Assembly: GCA_028534125.1 (NCBI GenBank)
Contig: CM052818.1
Location: 870,001 to 934,000, forward strand
From: Lama glama
Lineage: Eukaryota
DNA: 64,000 nt
Direction: 5' to 3'
In this document: positions 52,651 through 64,000 of the stretch, piece after piece
Numbering within the stretch: position 1 is the first letter of the stretch
How the letters are laid out: each line of letters starts with the position of its first letter
Notes under the pieces: model-generated
What the model was told of the DNA's origin: nothing
Database searches by the model: none
Seen by the model: the letters and a program-made list of their open reading frames with translations, nothing else
Translations under genes and position numbers: made by a program

Positions 52651-53209
52651 TACAGAACTTTGTTTCAACAAGGTGGGTGTCTGTCTCCCGTTCTGGACTG
52701 GGAGCTCTTTGAGAGCAGGGACTACATCTTTGTCATCTCTGATTCCCAGTCCCTAACATGGTAGGTACAACATATAATATATTCTGCTCAAAGGGTATTT
52801 GTACATTTAGGGGGTTGGTGGAAGGATCGTGTCCTAAATAAGGTGCCACTTTAATAGGGGAAACTTCAGTTATATGTAAAACAAGGATATTTCTGCTACT
52901 TTACTCATATGTCCATTTTTGCCCCTATGGGAGGGAATACCACATTATTAGTCCTTTCTGAGGGAGGAGGAGTTGCTCAAAGTCTAGGGCATTCTTGAGC
53001 CATGTTTTACTAGGTGGCAGAGTGACTATTTTATAACAGATGAGAGCTTGGATTCTATTCTTTCTTTCACTCTCTGCCTCCATGCAGTGAGCAGAGCAGG
53101 TTGGCTGTCCTTCTGGTCAACCATCCTGTTCTGTCTTCTCTGCCTGAACCTTGAGAGGGAGCAAAGTGTGTAGGCTTTGCAGACTCAACTGTCCTTAGTT
53201 CAGAAGAAA

Positions 53210-53436
53210 GGACATGGGAAGCCCTTCCTTGATTTTCAGAACTAAGCGCTGTTTCTGCCAGGTGACATCTAACTGTGCACTGTTATTAATGTGATGCTGG
53301 GTTTCCTATTTCCACGTAGAGCAGAGGGAAGCCCGGGATGGATAAGGGACATGTATGCAAAATTCCACGGGACATGGGAAGCCCCTCCTAGATTTTCAGA
53401 ACTAAGCCCTGTTTCTGCCAGAATGCAAAATTCCAC
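53210..53436 (+). repeat. 52-bp local direct duplication flanked by a 14-bp repeat
   Basis: 53210-53261 vs 53370-53421 (3 mismatches); atgcaaaattccac at 53355-53368 and 53423-53436. Confidence 0.9.
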
Positions 53437-56039
53437 CCCAAATTGAAATAGAGGCTGTGTGTGGTGGACCTCACCATCTTCACAAACATTTCAGGAGCGC
53501 ATGACCCACGCCAGGGCCCATGGGAAGGGTGGCGACATTAATCCAGACACTCTTGAGACATTTTGAGAGGATTCTTGAGATGGGGCCGAGCAGAGGGGTT
53601 TGACACGTTACTCTCTACCCTTCTGTGCTGACTGAATCTCTTACGATGAGCCCATACGGCTTCTACAGTAATAAAGAGGTGACCGAAAGGAAGCAGAGGC
53701 ATTAGCCTGGCGTGGCAGCAGTGAAGAGGAGGCAGGCAGGGAAACCACCTCTTCCTTCCCTCTCCTTCGAGTCCGCATCAAGTCTCTTCTCTCTACACTC
53801 CCTCATTGAGCCACTCTGTCTTCTCCCTGGAGCCCTCTCCATTTGTGAATAAATAGCCCTCGGCTGGAAGTCAGGTGACCTGGATTCTTGCCCAGCTCTG
53901 CCCCTAACTCATCAGCCTTGGGACCTTGAATCCTTAACTTCACCAGGAGTCGATTTCTCATCTGGAAAGTAGATATAAATATGTAGCTCTTAGGAGACTG
54001 TCAGGTCCTGGCTGGATAATATATTTAAAAGCTCTTTCCAAAGTACACAGTGCTATAAACAATGTTCCCACAGGTTTGGGGAGATCTTGAAACACTTAAT
54101 CCAAACCCAAATCCCACATAGTCTGAAACCCACATAGTCCAACCCCAAAGAGTCAAGAGGAGAACAGAGCTAAAGAGTCAAAGACACTAAGCACATTCAA
54201 GTCTCAAGCAATAAGACTGGAATCCGAGACTGGGGGCAGGGGAAAGCAGGTTTAGTCCCCAACTACTTCATGCTGTGACCCCAAGTAAGTCTCAAAACCT
54301 ATAATTCCACAATTTAGAGTGAGAAGAAGTCTTGAAGTTTACTTCTTCCTGCCACTTTGTTTTATCAATGTAGAAATTAAGGCTCAGAAAGTCTAGTAGC
54401 CTCCCCTGGTCCTCGGTCCAGTGCTCTTCATGCTACACACACCTCTTTGTAAAATGAGCCTTCAATTCTCAGCCCCTGTGATTTGATAAAATTGTGAGTC
54501 AAAGAAACTAAGTGACTTTCCCAGAGTTAGAGATCTTGGTGGCTGCAGATCTAAGGAGGAGCCTGTTCTCTTGCTGCCTGGTCCAGAGGCAGAGCTCCTG
54601 GTTCTCACGGGGACACAAATGGGAAATCCAACTGCTAGTTCCCCCACCCCCAGCTGAGCCCATGCCTACAAGGTGATCTGATTTGACAGGGGCTCTTTTG
54701 CTAAAAGCCATGACTTCTGAGAAAGTCGTATAACCCCTTAATTTCCATTCCCCAGCAAAACAACCCAGAGGCAAATCTTATGTGCTAGTGCTTTTATTGA
54801 GAGGTACAAACCCGGGGCAGCAAGAGTGAGGGAAAATGGGAAGAGAGACAGGGAAGGAGGGGAGCAAACCCAGGTCGCTGCCCAAGCAAGCCAGCCACAG
54901 CTTCACAAGAAACATTGTGGTTCCTCAGCCACGCAGGGTATCTTCCAGGCAGGCCATGTGGAGTGACCCTGCCCCTTGGGGGAGAGAGAAGAAGTCTGTT
55001 TTAACAAGCCCTTTGGGTGATTCTATCCACATTCAAGTTTGAGAACCACTGCTCTATAGATACACTCAGCTACAGACAAAACCTCCATAAGCTACAGTCA
55101 CATTAAGAGTTAAATATCACATGGGCAGCTAAAACCCCATCACCTGGGTCATAGAAGTAAAAACCAACTGCAGAAAAAGTCCTTCCTCCTTAGCAAACCT
55201 CCACAGCTAGATTACAAGACATGCCACACTTCTTGACCCACCAGAATCTTTCCCATGTGAGTACTGGTTCCTCCACGTCCACTCTTGGGTTATCTCTTAA
55301 TATTTCTGGCCAATGTATCAGATGCTTAAGTTTCTGCAATTGCACATTCCCAAACTGAAGCTCATCGAAGGGGCAAGGCCCTTCCCCATGTAGAATTTTC
55401 ATCATAAGAGAGAACATTGAAGAACACATGACCTTTCTGCCAACAGTGGACTCCCAAGAGGGAAAAAGACTGGAGCGAAGACAAACACACTCAGATTGTT
55501 CTATCCAGCTTGACTGATCGGTGAAGTCTTTGCACTTTCCTTGATCAAAGGGTAGGAATTACACTAATGGATGTTCCTGCTCAGGGAAGCAAAACGCAAG
55601 AATGGAGATAAAAACACTCCCCCCAAAAGCTAAGGATGGTGGAGAAGAGAGATAAAAGGGGCCTGTGTCTTTAATGGCACTAGAGGGTTGTCACACCAGC
55701 CCTGAGTCTCTTGCCTCCAGACTTCTTGATATATAAGCATTTGTTTGGGTTAAACGTTGTACTCCAGAAAAAGAAATGCTGCAGCCAGATCGGATCCACA
55801 CTCAAAAAAAAAAATTGGACTCCACATTCAAAAAATATACATATTTCTACTACTAAAAATATGTATATTTTTTCCATCACTCAGCTTAATTTTAGTGCTG
55901 ATTTTTGGTTCCCTAAGAGCGGCATGAGTGATAGTCTTGGCCATCTAACTGGGGCCCCTTGGGGACTGGGCACTGTGGGCAGGACGCCTCTAGAAAGAGC
56001 TGAAGATAGAGGCTCAGATCGTGAGCCTCTTTGGGTCTT

Positions 56040-56388
56040 TATAGAGGTAATCAAGTGAAAATGAGGTCATCAGGGTGAGCCCTAGTCCAATATGACTGTT
56101 GTCTTTATAAGAAGAGAAAATTTGAACACAAAGATGGACACTTGCACAGAGGGACACAATGTGGGGCGACACAGGGAGAAGACACCCGTCCACGAGCCGA
56201 GGAACGCCAGAGGCTGACAGAAGCTAAGATGGAAGCTGAATAGAGCCTTCCTTAGTTCCTTCACAGGGACCTACTGACATTCTGATTTCAGACTCCTGGC
56301 CTCCAGAACTGTGAGAGAACAAATTTATGTTGTTCCGAGCCACCCAGTTTGTGGGACATCGTTATGGCAGCCCTGGGGAACTAACACA
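56040..56388 (+). mobile_element. MLT1B-like LTR
   Basis: aaaatgaggtcatcagggtgagcccta...ggcctccagaactgtgagagaacaaattt...ggaactaacaca. Confidence 0.85.
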
Positions 56389-57445
56389 GCACGAAATGTC
56401 CTCAAGACCTACTGTGGCCAGGTGCTCTGTTAATGACCACCAAAACTGCTGCTCGTTGATACATCTTGGATGTATATATAAATATATACTTAGTTTTATA
56501 ACAAGTCACCCCCAAACTTAGTGACTTAAAACAACAAAATGTTGTTGTATTATCTCTTACAGTATCTGTGGGTTGGGAAATCAGGAGCAGCTTAAGTGGA
56601 TGGTTTTGATTAAAGTCAAGATGTTGGCCTGAAAGCCTGACTGAGGCTGCAGGATCCACTTCCCTTTAGAGCATCACCACTGATGTGACTTGGCTCTAGG
56701 GACTCCCAGTCCATGTGTCTCTCTGTTTCATATTCCAGATCCTGCCAGAAGATAAGATAAAATTGGCCCAACCTGGTCTAGGTCTCCTCCTCTGGACCAA
56801 TTACCTGCCTCGGAGGAGATTTAAAGAACATGGATCTGGTTGCTGGACCACACCGCTATGATTTGGAGGCAGTGCTCAGACAAGGAGCAATTGTGAGCTG
56901 GGTACCACCTGTGGAGCTCCCAACCACAGGGCCCATCATAAGCCGTATCCATTAGCACACTCTCTCAGCCAAGCTCTGGTTTGCAGGAAGCCAACCCAAA
57001 GCTTTGCTCACACTTACGATTTTCCTTGTTACCCTGTTCTTATATCCTGCAGGGTCTTGACGAGAAGAAAACGATCTTCCCTGTGGCCATGATGATCCCT
57101 AGAGCCCCGAGAATGATGAGAAATGTGTCCTCACTTTTTACGTAATACAGCCCTTCAGTGCAGACTGAATCAGCCTTAGGTGGGACGTCCCAAGTCCCTC
57201 TTTTCCCTGGCTCCTTCTCGCTTCTCTTTCTACTCCCGCCCACCCTTACCCTCATCCTTCCACTCTGACAGAGTCCCCTGTGGTCAATGTCTTAGAGACT
57301 GCCTTCTCTTGGTGGCAGATGGAGCCTCCTCACAGCACTTCAAGTCTGGATAACTTTGGGTTTGCAGATTCTTCAGAGTAAAATGTCTCCAAGACGAACA
57401 AGCCTTTATCCTGCTAATTCAAATTATCCCTCAGAATTCACTTTT

Positions 57446-57697
57446 TTAATTGACATATAGTTGATTGACAGTATTACATGTTTCAGGTGTACAACATAGT
57501 GATTCACAATTTTTAAAGATTACATTCCATTTATATTTATTCTAAAATATTGGCTATATTCACTATGCTGTACAATACATCCTTGTAGCTTATTTATTTT
57601 ATATATAGTAGTTTGTACCTCTTAATCCCCTATCCCCATCTTGCCCCTCCCTCATTCCCTCTCCCCTCTGGTAACCGCTGGTTTGTATTCTATATGC
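57446..57697 (-). mobile_element. L1 3' end with TSD
   Basis: Flanked by cagaattca(c/t)tttt (57432-57445, 57698-57711). Confidence 0.85.
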
Positions 57698-58542
57698 CAG
57701 AATTCATTTTTATTCTAAGAGACTCTCTCCTCAAGAAGAGTGAAGATGAACTAAGGAGGTTCCACAACATGTATCATTTTTTTTAATCCCCTCTTCAAGT
57801 CTGGGTGTGAATCTCGTGACTCCTACTTGCTGTCTGTAACCGTGAAACATGATACAAATTCAGCACTGGGAGGAGTGACTAATGGCAGTAGGTGTCACTC
57901 CAGGCAGCAGCTTCTAAATTACTATCCTAGATGGAGACTGTCACTCAGGAGCCATTCTGCCCCATGGCAGAGGCTGAGGGAAAAACACTAATCAGTATTG
58001 GAGAGGAGGTGGGCAGGGAGTGTGGGGTGGGGATCTCTTAGTCAGAGGCCCTGGTCCTATCCTAGAAGGAAGAATTTCTGACAAAAGAAGTTATATTCAC
58101 ATTGGTGGGTGATGGCTTCAAGATGAATAATACCTCAGCTATATTTGAGCTCCTGTTAAACGTAGAAGATTATGCCACAAGAAGCAGCATTTAATCTAAG
58201 CTTTATTCTCTGCCAAGTGAGGCCATTTAAGGATTTTTTCAAATGTCAGGTTTCCAAAGCAGATTTGCCCTATTGGTGAGAATGGGAACAAATGAGAAAA
58301 TGATGAACAAGGCATCTGATCTGAATGTACCATGGAAAGTCACCTTCGGTGAGGGAAGGTGAAGGCTTGGGAGTGGGGAACCACACAGTCAGATGTGGGT
58401 TACTGCCAGGGGCCTAGTTTGTTTGAAGTGGTGAGTTTGTGAGTGCTTATTACATTATTAACTAAATAAATGTTATAAAGGAAGATGAGGTGTGGGGCAG
58501 AAGAGTGACTAAGTCTTCAACAATTCCACGTTCCTATCTTTT

Positions 58543-58971
58543 TTTTTATTTTTCATTTTTCATTTTTATTAAGTAGAATTGTTACAATTTGACTGCACAT
58601 ATACAATGTGTTGCATGTAAAAACGTATACACAATATAATGCACATATTTTTAAAATTTACATATATAAACTGTTCATTGTTTCTAAGAACATTTAGAGC
58701 TTTAAACTTACATAGTTATCAAAAGAATAAAGCCAACCACACAATAAGAATTAATTTAAGAAGATACATACACCCTGCTATTAACAGCAACATTCTTTAT
58801 AATTGCCAAGATATGGAAGCATCATTAAGTGCACATCAACAGATGAATTGATAAAGAAGATGCAGCATATATATGTAATTGAATACAGCTCACCCATAAG
58901 AAAGAAGGCTATTTTGCCATTTGCAGCCCTTCATTTACTTTTTTTCCCCCACTTAAAACCAGAATTTTATA
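58543..58971 (-). mobile_element. Chimeric polyadenylated retroposon, copy 1
   Basis: Poly(T)/TTTATT at left; 17-bp TSD cca(c/t)gttcctatctttt (58526-58542, 58972-58988); about 90% identical to 62459-62835 in reverse complement. Confidence 0.85.
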
Positions 58972-60527
58972 CCATGTTCCTATCTTTTAAATGGGATTAT
59001 TTTTTACTGTTTAGAAAATACTATATTTAAAAAAGAAAGAGTAAACATCTCTATAATCCTATGGCATGAGTATCGGATGTGAGAATTATAAACATTTCTC
59101 CCATCACCCCTTCAAATCCTGAAGAGGACCTCAGTAGGGTTGGGGCGGGCACTTCCTAACTTAGAAAATGGCAATAGAATAGGCAGATTTTCGGCTTCTT
59201 CAACTCCCTCAATCCACATGGTAAAAACATCCCTTTAAATATCTTCGAAAGTGTTTACACACAAATAGTTGCTCAGTGATGATGGAAGTGAGGTGAACAG
59301 ACCCGGGTCCTGGAACTCCCACAACCTTGCTATTTGGGAAGGATTAGGGAAGACTGGCCACCAGTTATTAAATAAACACATGAATGTTGGAAGGGCGCTT
59401 TCACTCCATTCAAGCAAGAAAAAAGGTAAAGGGCATTTGATGGGCGATGAGTAAACTATGGGGCCAAGAATAATCTGCGCCCCTTCTGGCAAGTCACCTG
59501 GACAAAAGCGAGGCGCGTCTGAGGTGTGCCACGCCCAGGCTGGGGGCTGAAAGGGCTGCAAAGATCAGTAAGGACTGGTGCCTGCCCCCGGGGAGTTTGG
59601 AGTCTCACTGGGGGAACAGGTGTCTACACAGATAGCTATTTTACATAAAAACACGGAAGTTGACCAAGATTCAAAACGCAGAGGGTGGTGGTGGGATGTG
59701 GTGGTGGAAGGACGATGAATGCTCAGTGAGAAGGAGGAGGACTAGTCTGGGAATTCGAGTCATCTGGTGCTGAGGCTGCAGGAAAAGCCAGGGATGCCAT
59801 GTACCTGGAGGCCCAGGAAGTGCGGGTGAGGAGCAGTGAGGACAAAGGGCTTGAGGAAGGGCAGCCGCTAAATCTCAGTCCCACTCCTGGGCTTTCCAGA
59901 AGGCCCAAGGTTCCCTGGGAAAGAGGGTAACATGGCCAAAGGGATAAGAGGGCTGGGCATTGGTGTTGAGAGAGACCCAGCGCTGCATCCACCCAGGGAC
60001 CCACCAGCAGGGGAGGCTGTGTTCAGGGGCAGGTCTGGTATGGGGTAGGAGGCTCCCTGGCTGGAGAGCCAGATCGGGGCCTGCGTCAGGATACTGGGAG
60101 GAAGGTGCTGCTTGGGATGGAGGAAGCATAGACAGCAGACTGCCGGGGACGTGGTCTAGAACCCAGTTTCTTCGTTTTTGTCCCAGATCTCCTACTTCCT
60201 GGCTCCTTCATCTTAGATTAAAATTTAAACTCTCTGTTCCTCAGATTTCTCATCTATAAAATGTGGGCAATAAAATCACCTACCTCTTAGAGCAGAGATA
60301 GGCAGGACATGAGTTGACAAATTCAAAGTGCTAGCACATAGTTTGCACTCGTCGGAGTTGGCTAGGATTATTCTATAGGCATGTGGCCTCAGTGCCCCCA
60401 CCCCATCTCTCTGTCCCCTCTGGGCTTTTTTTAAAAATCCATCCCATTTTAATGCAGGGGCCAATTCATTCAGTTGGTCAAGGTGTGGAGTACTGAGGTC
60501 AGTCTCTCTATAGGTCCAATAATGCTT

Positions 60528-60598
60528 TTTATTTTTTTTTTAATTGAAGTATATAGTCAGTTACAATGTGCCAATTTCTGGTGTACAGCACAATGTAG
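60528..60598 (-). mobile_element. Short L1 tail
   Basis: Poly(T) + aattgaagtatatagtcagttacaatgtg; flanked by taatgctt. Confidence 0.75.
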
Positions 60599-62421
60599 TA
60601 ATGCTTCTTGGTTCTACACCAGAGATGAGGCACACCTCCAGCACAGACCCCACCCAGGTCGGGGCAGGCAGCCATTCAAAAGCAAGTGCCGTTGGTCATA
60701 AGGGGGCCCTTACAGGGCGTGGGCAAGGACCTCATCCCCCCCTCACTGAACAATCAGTTTGGATCTCATCGCACCCACTGTTCTTTAATTTTCTAACATA
60801 AGGGGAGAGACTAAATATTTTCAGTCACATGCTTCTTTCCACCCACCTTCCCATCTCCTCCGGCCCCTCCCACAAAGCTAATGCCCCAAAGAAGAGAGAC
60901 TTGACATTCCTGCTGCCCTGGAGATAGGTTTAGGCTCTTAGAACACAGGTGACATGAGGCTCTTGAAGCAGCAGAACCACCAGGCAAGTCAGCTAGCGAG
61001 CTTGGAGGCAAGGGTGCTGGCAGCAGGCAGCCCACAGCCTATATATGGAGCTGCCAGGAAAGTGACTGTTTCCAGGGTGAGCCGACACAGCCTTTCAGGA
61101 AAGGAGCAGCTCAGAACTTAGCAACGTGATTGAAGCCATGATTCCTCTCACACCTCCATCCTCAGCCCAGCTCCCGCCCTGCTTGGGGCTGCTTTGGAAG
61201 ATTTGCAGCTGGTGCCCAACAGCTGCGTGGATTCTGCTCACAGGTATGCTTCCCAAACAGCCCTGGAGGAAATCTGGGTCTTCCACGGTGATGGAGGTTT
61301 TGCACTCAACAACAGGACTCCAGTGGTGGATATAATAGCCACCCAGTGAAGAGAGGAAAAAAGAATCGAAGGAGATGGCACAGAAGTGCTGTCAGGAGGT
61401 GAATCAGCCCAGACTCTCCCATTTGGAAACAGAGACTGTATGCTTGGGACAATGACTAAATCTTCTTTTAATCATCGTCATTAAAACAAAACAGCCATAA
61501 AGGCAATGGCAGGTTAAAAGCAAGAAATTAAGGAATCCATGTACTGACATGGTGCATTTATGAAGATATAGTAGGCTCCTGGGTCCTCACGACAACTTGC
61601 TCACACCAATTCCCAGATCACTTCCTACTCAACCTGCACGGTGGTAAAAAGGCCCTCACAAGTAGTGACTCTGTGAGGCTCTGGTCTCTCCTCACCAGGT
61701 TGACGACCCAGCTGCGATGGCCACAAGGACCAGGAAAGATCTGGACAAGGCAGCAAAGTCCAAGGAGATTTGCTTTGGCAGAAGTCTGAAATTAGCATGG
61801 AGAAGAAATGCACGCCCATGTGTGCAGGGAGTGGAGGGAGGTGGAGAGAGAGAGAGAAATTAACCAGAGACAAGACCTCCAAAGCCACGTGGCAGAATTA
61901 CCAGCCGGCAGCCCTGGAGATAATTTTGGCCATACAGGGCCTTTGGAGAGGGATTCCTTCCTTAAACTGGCCTTTAGTTCCTTTTTTCTGATTTTAACAA
62001 AGATATATTTGATTTAATGTCTTTGTCTTAGTGCTACTCGAACATACTTTGTTGCCTTGATGTGGGCTGTTTGAATGGTTCTTTTTCTAGCCTTATCCTT
62101 ATTTTCTTGCTTCTCTTTCTCCGGCTTCTAGTTCTGCTATTTTTCCCTCACCTTTACATTTGGTACATCAAACTTTATTCTTTAGAAAACTATTTGCTTC
62201 TGTATGTTGGCTTTTCAGTTTAAAAAAAATTAACCTCATAAAAATCGGCCCTTTTTTATTTTCTTGTATATTCCTTTAAAATGTTGCAGCTTGTTTTGAT
62301 ATTTACAGACTTCATTCTTTCTTTTACATTTTAATTTTTGCTCAACTTCTTATTCTTAAGGTTTAAAAAGAAAAGCAGCCTTGCTATTATTAACTGTATC
62401 AGTCATGTTTCAGAGCAGGAA

Positions 62422-63338
62422 TGTGGCAGATTGTGCTTCATAAAAATGGCCACACCCACAAATGGAAAAATATCCTTCTTTCTTATGGGTGAGCTGTAGC
62501 CCATTACATATATGTGTTGCATGTTCTTTATCCATTCATCTATTGATGTGCACTTAGGATGCTTCCACATCTTGACATTTATAAAGAATGTTGCTGTTAA
62601 TAGTGGGGCGTATGTATCTTCTTGAATTAATTCTTATTTTGCGGTTGGCTTTATTCCTTTGATAACTATGTAAGTTTAAGGCTCTAAATGTTCTTAGAAA
62701 CAATGAACAGTTCATATATATAAATTTTAAAAATATGTGCAGTATATCGTGTATATGTATTTACATGCAAGACATTGTATATGTGCAGTCAAATTGTAAC
62801 AATTCTACCTAATAAAACTGAAAACTGAAAAAAAAAAAAAAGGCCACACTATGTCCGTCCCACATGCTCCTGCAGAACTTTGTCGCTATTCCATCAGGAG
62901 GTGGTGTCTAAGTCCCCTCTGCTTGACCCTGAGTAGTTGAACCTGAGTGGGACTTTGTGGCCGTCTCAGTTACCAGAGTATTGCAGAAGTGATGCTCTAG
63001 GGCTTCTGAAAGTAAGGAACAAAGATGATCACACACACAAACAAACTTGTCCTTGGAGCCCAGCCACCGAGCTGTGATGAGAGGCCCACGTGGACAGGAA
63101 GAAACAACTCAGCTGACAGCCAGCACCGATTTGCCCTCTATATGAATAAGCCCTCCTGAAAGTAGACAGTTCAGCCTTCAGTAGAGCCCCGCCAACTTAT
63201 ATGGTGTGGAACAAAGATGAGCTTTCCTTGCCATATCCTGCCCAAATCACAGATTTGTGAGCAAAATAAATGATTGGTGCTGTTTTAAACCACTAAGTTG
63301 TGGGTGATTTGTCATACAGCAATAATACAACTGAAACA
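62422..63338 (+). mobile_element. MLT1 (G/H-like) LTR, interrupted by retroposon copy 2
   Basis: tgtggcagattg...aaatggccacac | tcccacatgctcc...ttttaaaccactaagtt...caactgaaaca. Confidence 0.75.
62456..62835 (+). mobile_element. Chimeric polyadenylated retroposon, copy 2
   Basis: AATAAA plus poly(A); TSD aaaaa(t/a)ggccacac (62442-62455, 62836-62849); splits an MLT1 LTR. Confidence 0.85.
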
Positions 63339-63522
63339 GGGAAACAGAAACTGCTTTACATATTTCAAAGTGGAAGAGGTTTATCAGAGGATATCAGGTA
63401 CTTAAAAATCTTTGGAAGGACTGAAATGACTCTCAGAATGTAAAATTATTGAGTTCAAAAAACACATTACATTCTGTATACCAGAAATTGACACAACATT
63501 GTAAACTGATTATACCTCAATT

Positions 63523-63525
<3 letters not shown>

Positions 63526-63558
<33 letters not shown>
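63526..63558. repeat. (CA)n microsatellite at the tail of a short L1 end (63465-63525)
   Basis: CA run following ccagaaattgacacaacattgtaaactgattatacctcaattaaaa. Confidence 0.9.
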
Positions 63559-63560
<2 letters not shown>

Positions 63561-64000
63561 AGTAGATCAAATCCAGAGACTTGGAAGTCCTTACTGGTCA
63601 ACACAACCACCTTTCAACACCTAAGGAGCCAGGGAGTAGATGCTAGAGCCCTGCTGCTGGAAAACCTCAGGTCTCCTTGACATGACCTGGAGGCAAAAAA
63701 ACAATCCACAGATGCAGGAAGGTGACTTTTGTCCCACACCTGTCTTCCAGATCACACGCAACGCATCTACTTGTTATTACCTGCTTTGCATTCAGAATTC
63801 TAGCTGAAAAGGGGTCTGAGAACTGTGGTTTTCAGCTTCCCAGCCTCTGCAAAGGGAGGCCCTTAGAAGCAAGGTGCAGTAGAGATGTAGCAGATCAGCT
63901 GAAGGTATCCACATCTACCTTCTGCCCAATTGATTGCATCAATGTTTGTCTTTTCAAGCTGTTTTTATTTTCTTTTCTCCTTTTCTTCCCTTCTCCATCT

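Noticed and set aside
59476..59491. CTCF-like gccagaaggggcgcag on the minus strand
   Set aside because: Core spacing is one base short of the consensus.
58543..62835. The two retroposon copies as terminal inverted repeats or a local inverted duplication
   Set aside because: Each has its own poly(A) and a different TSD, and the flanks are unrelated.
1..64000. CRISPR arrays, operons, rRNA or other prokaryote-type systems
   Set aside because: None seen; the sequence is mammalian repeat-rich DNA and the remaining listed ORFs are short chance or repeat-derived frames.

Overview
Mammalian genomic DNA, very likely camelid, since it carries five tRNA-derived SINEs matching the camelid Vic-1 type. 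The only confidently identifiable gene is ALMS1 on the minus strand. Its CpG-island promoter (RFX X-box, GC boxes) and coding exon 1 (9308-9610) lie at about 9.1-9.9 kb, and 1-9307 is L1/L2-rich intron 1. The remaining ~54 kb is upstream sequence made mostly of decayed L1, L2, MIR, MLT/ERVL/ERV1 and MER elements. Main points of interest: (1) two independently inserted copies, each with its own TSD, of a ~370-430 bp chimeric polyadenylated retroposon; (2) a ~2.1-2.5 kb inverted duplication 28 kb apart, apparently made by L1-homology template switching and showing patchy identity suggestive of gene conversion; (3) a speculative plus-strand spliced model, including a 15-nt microexon, that could encode a small sarcolipin/DWORF-like membrane peptide; (4) small templated insertions and an L1 micro-transduction. 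Repeat boundaries and subfamily names are by eye and approximate. No prokaryotic, CRISPR or intact transposon ORF features were seen.
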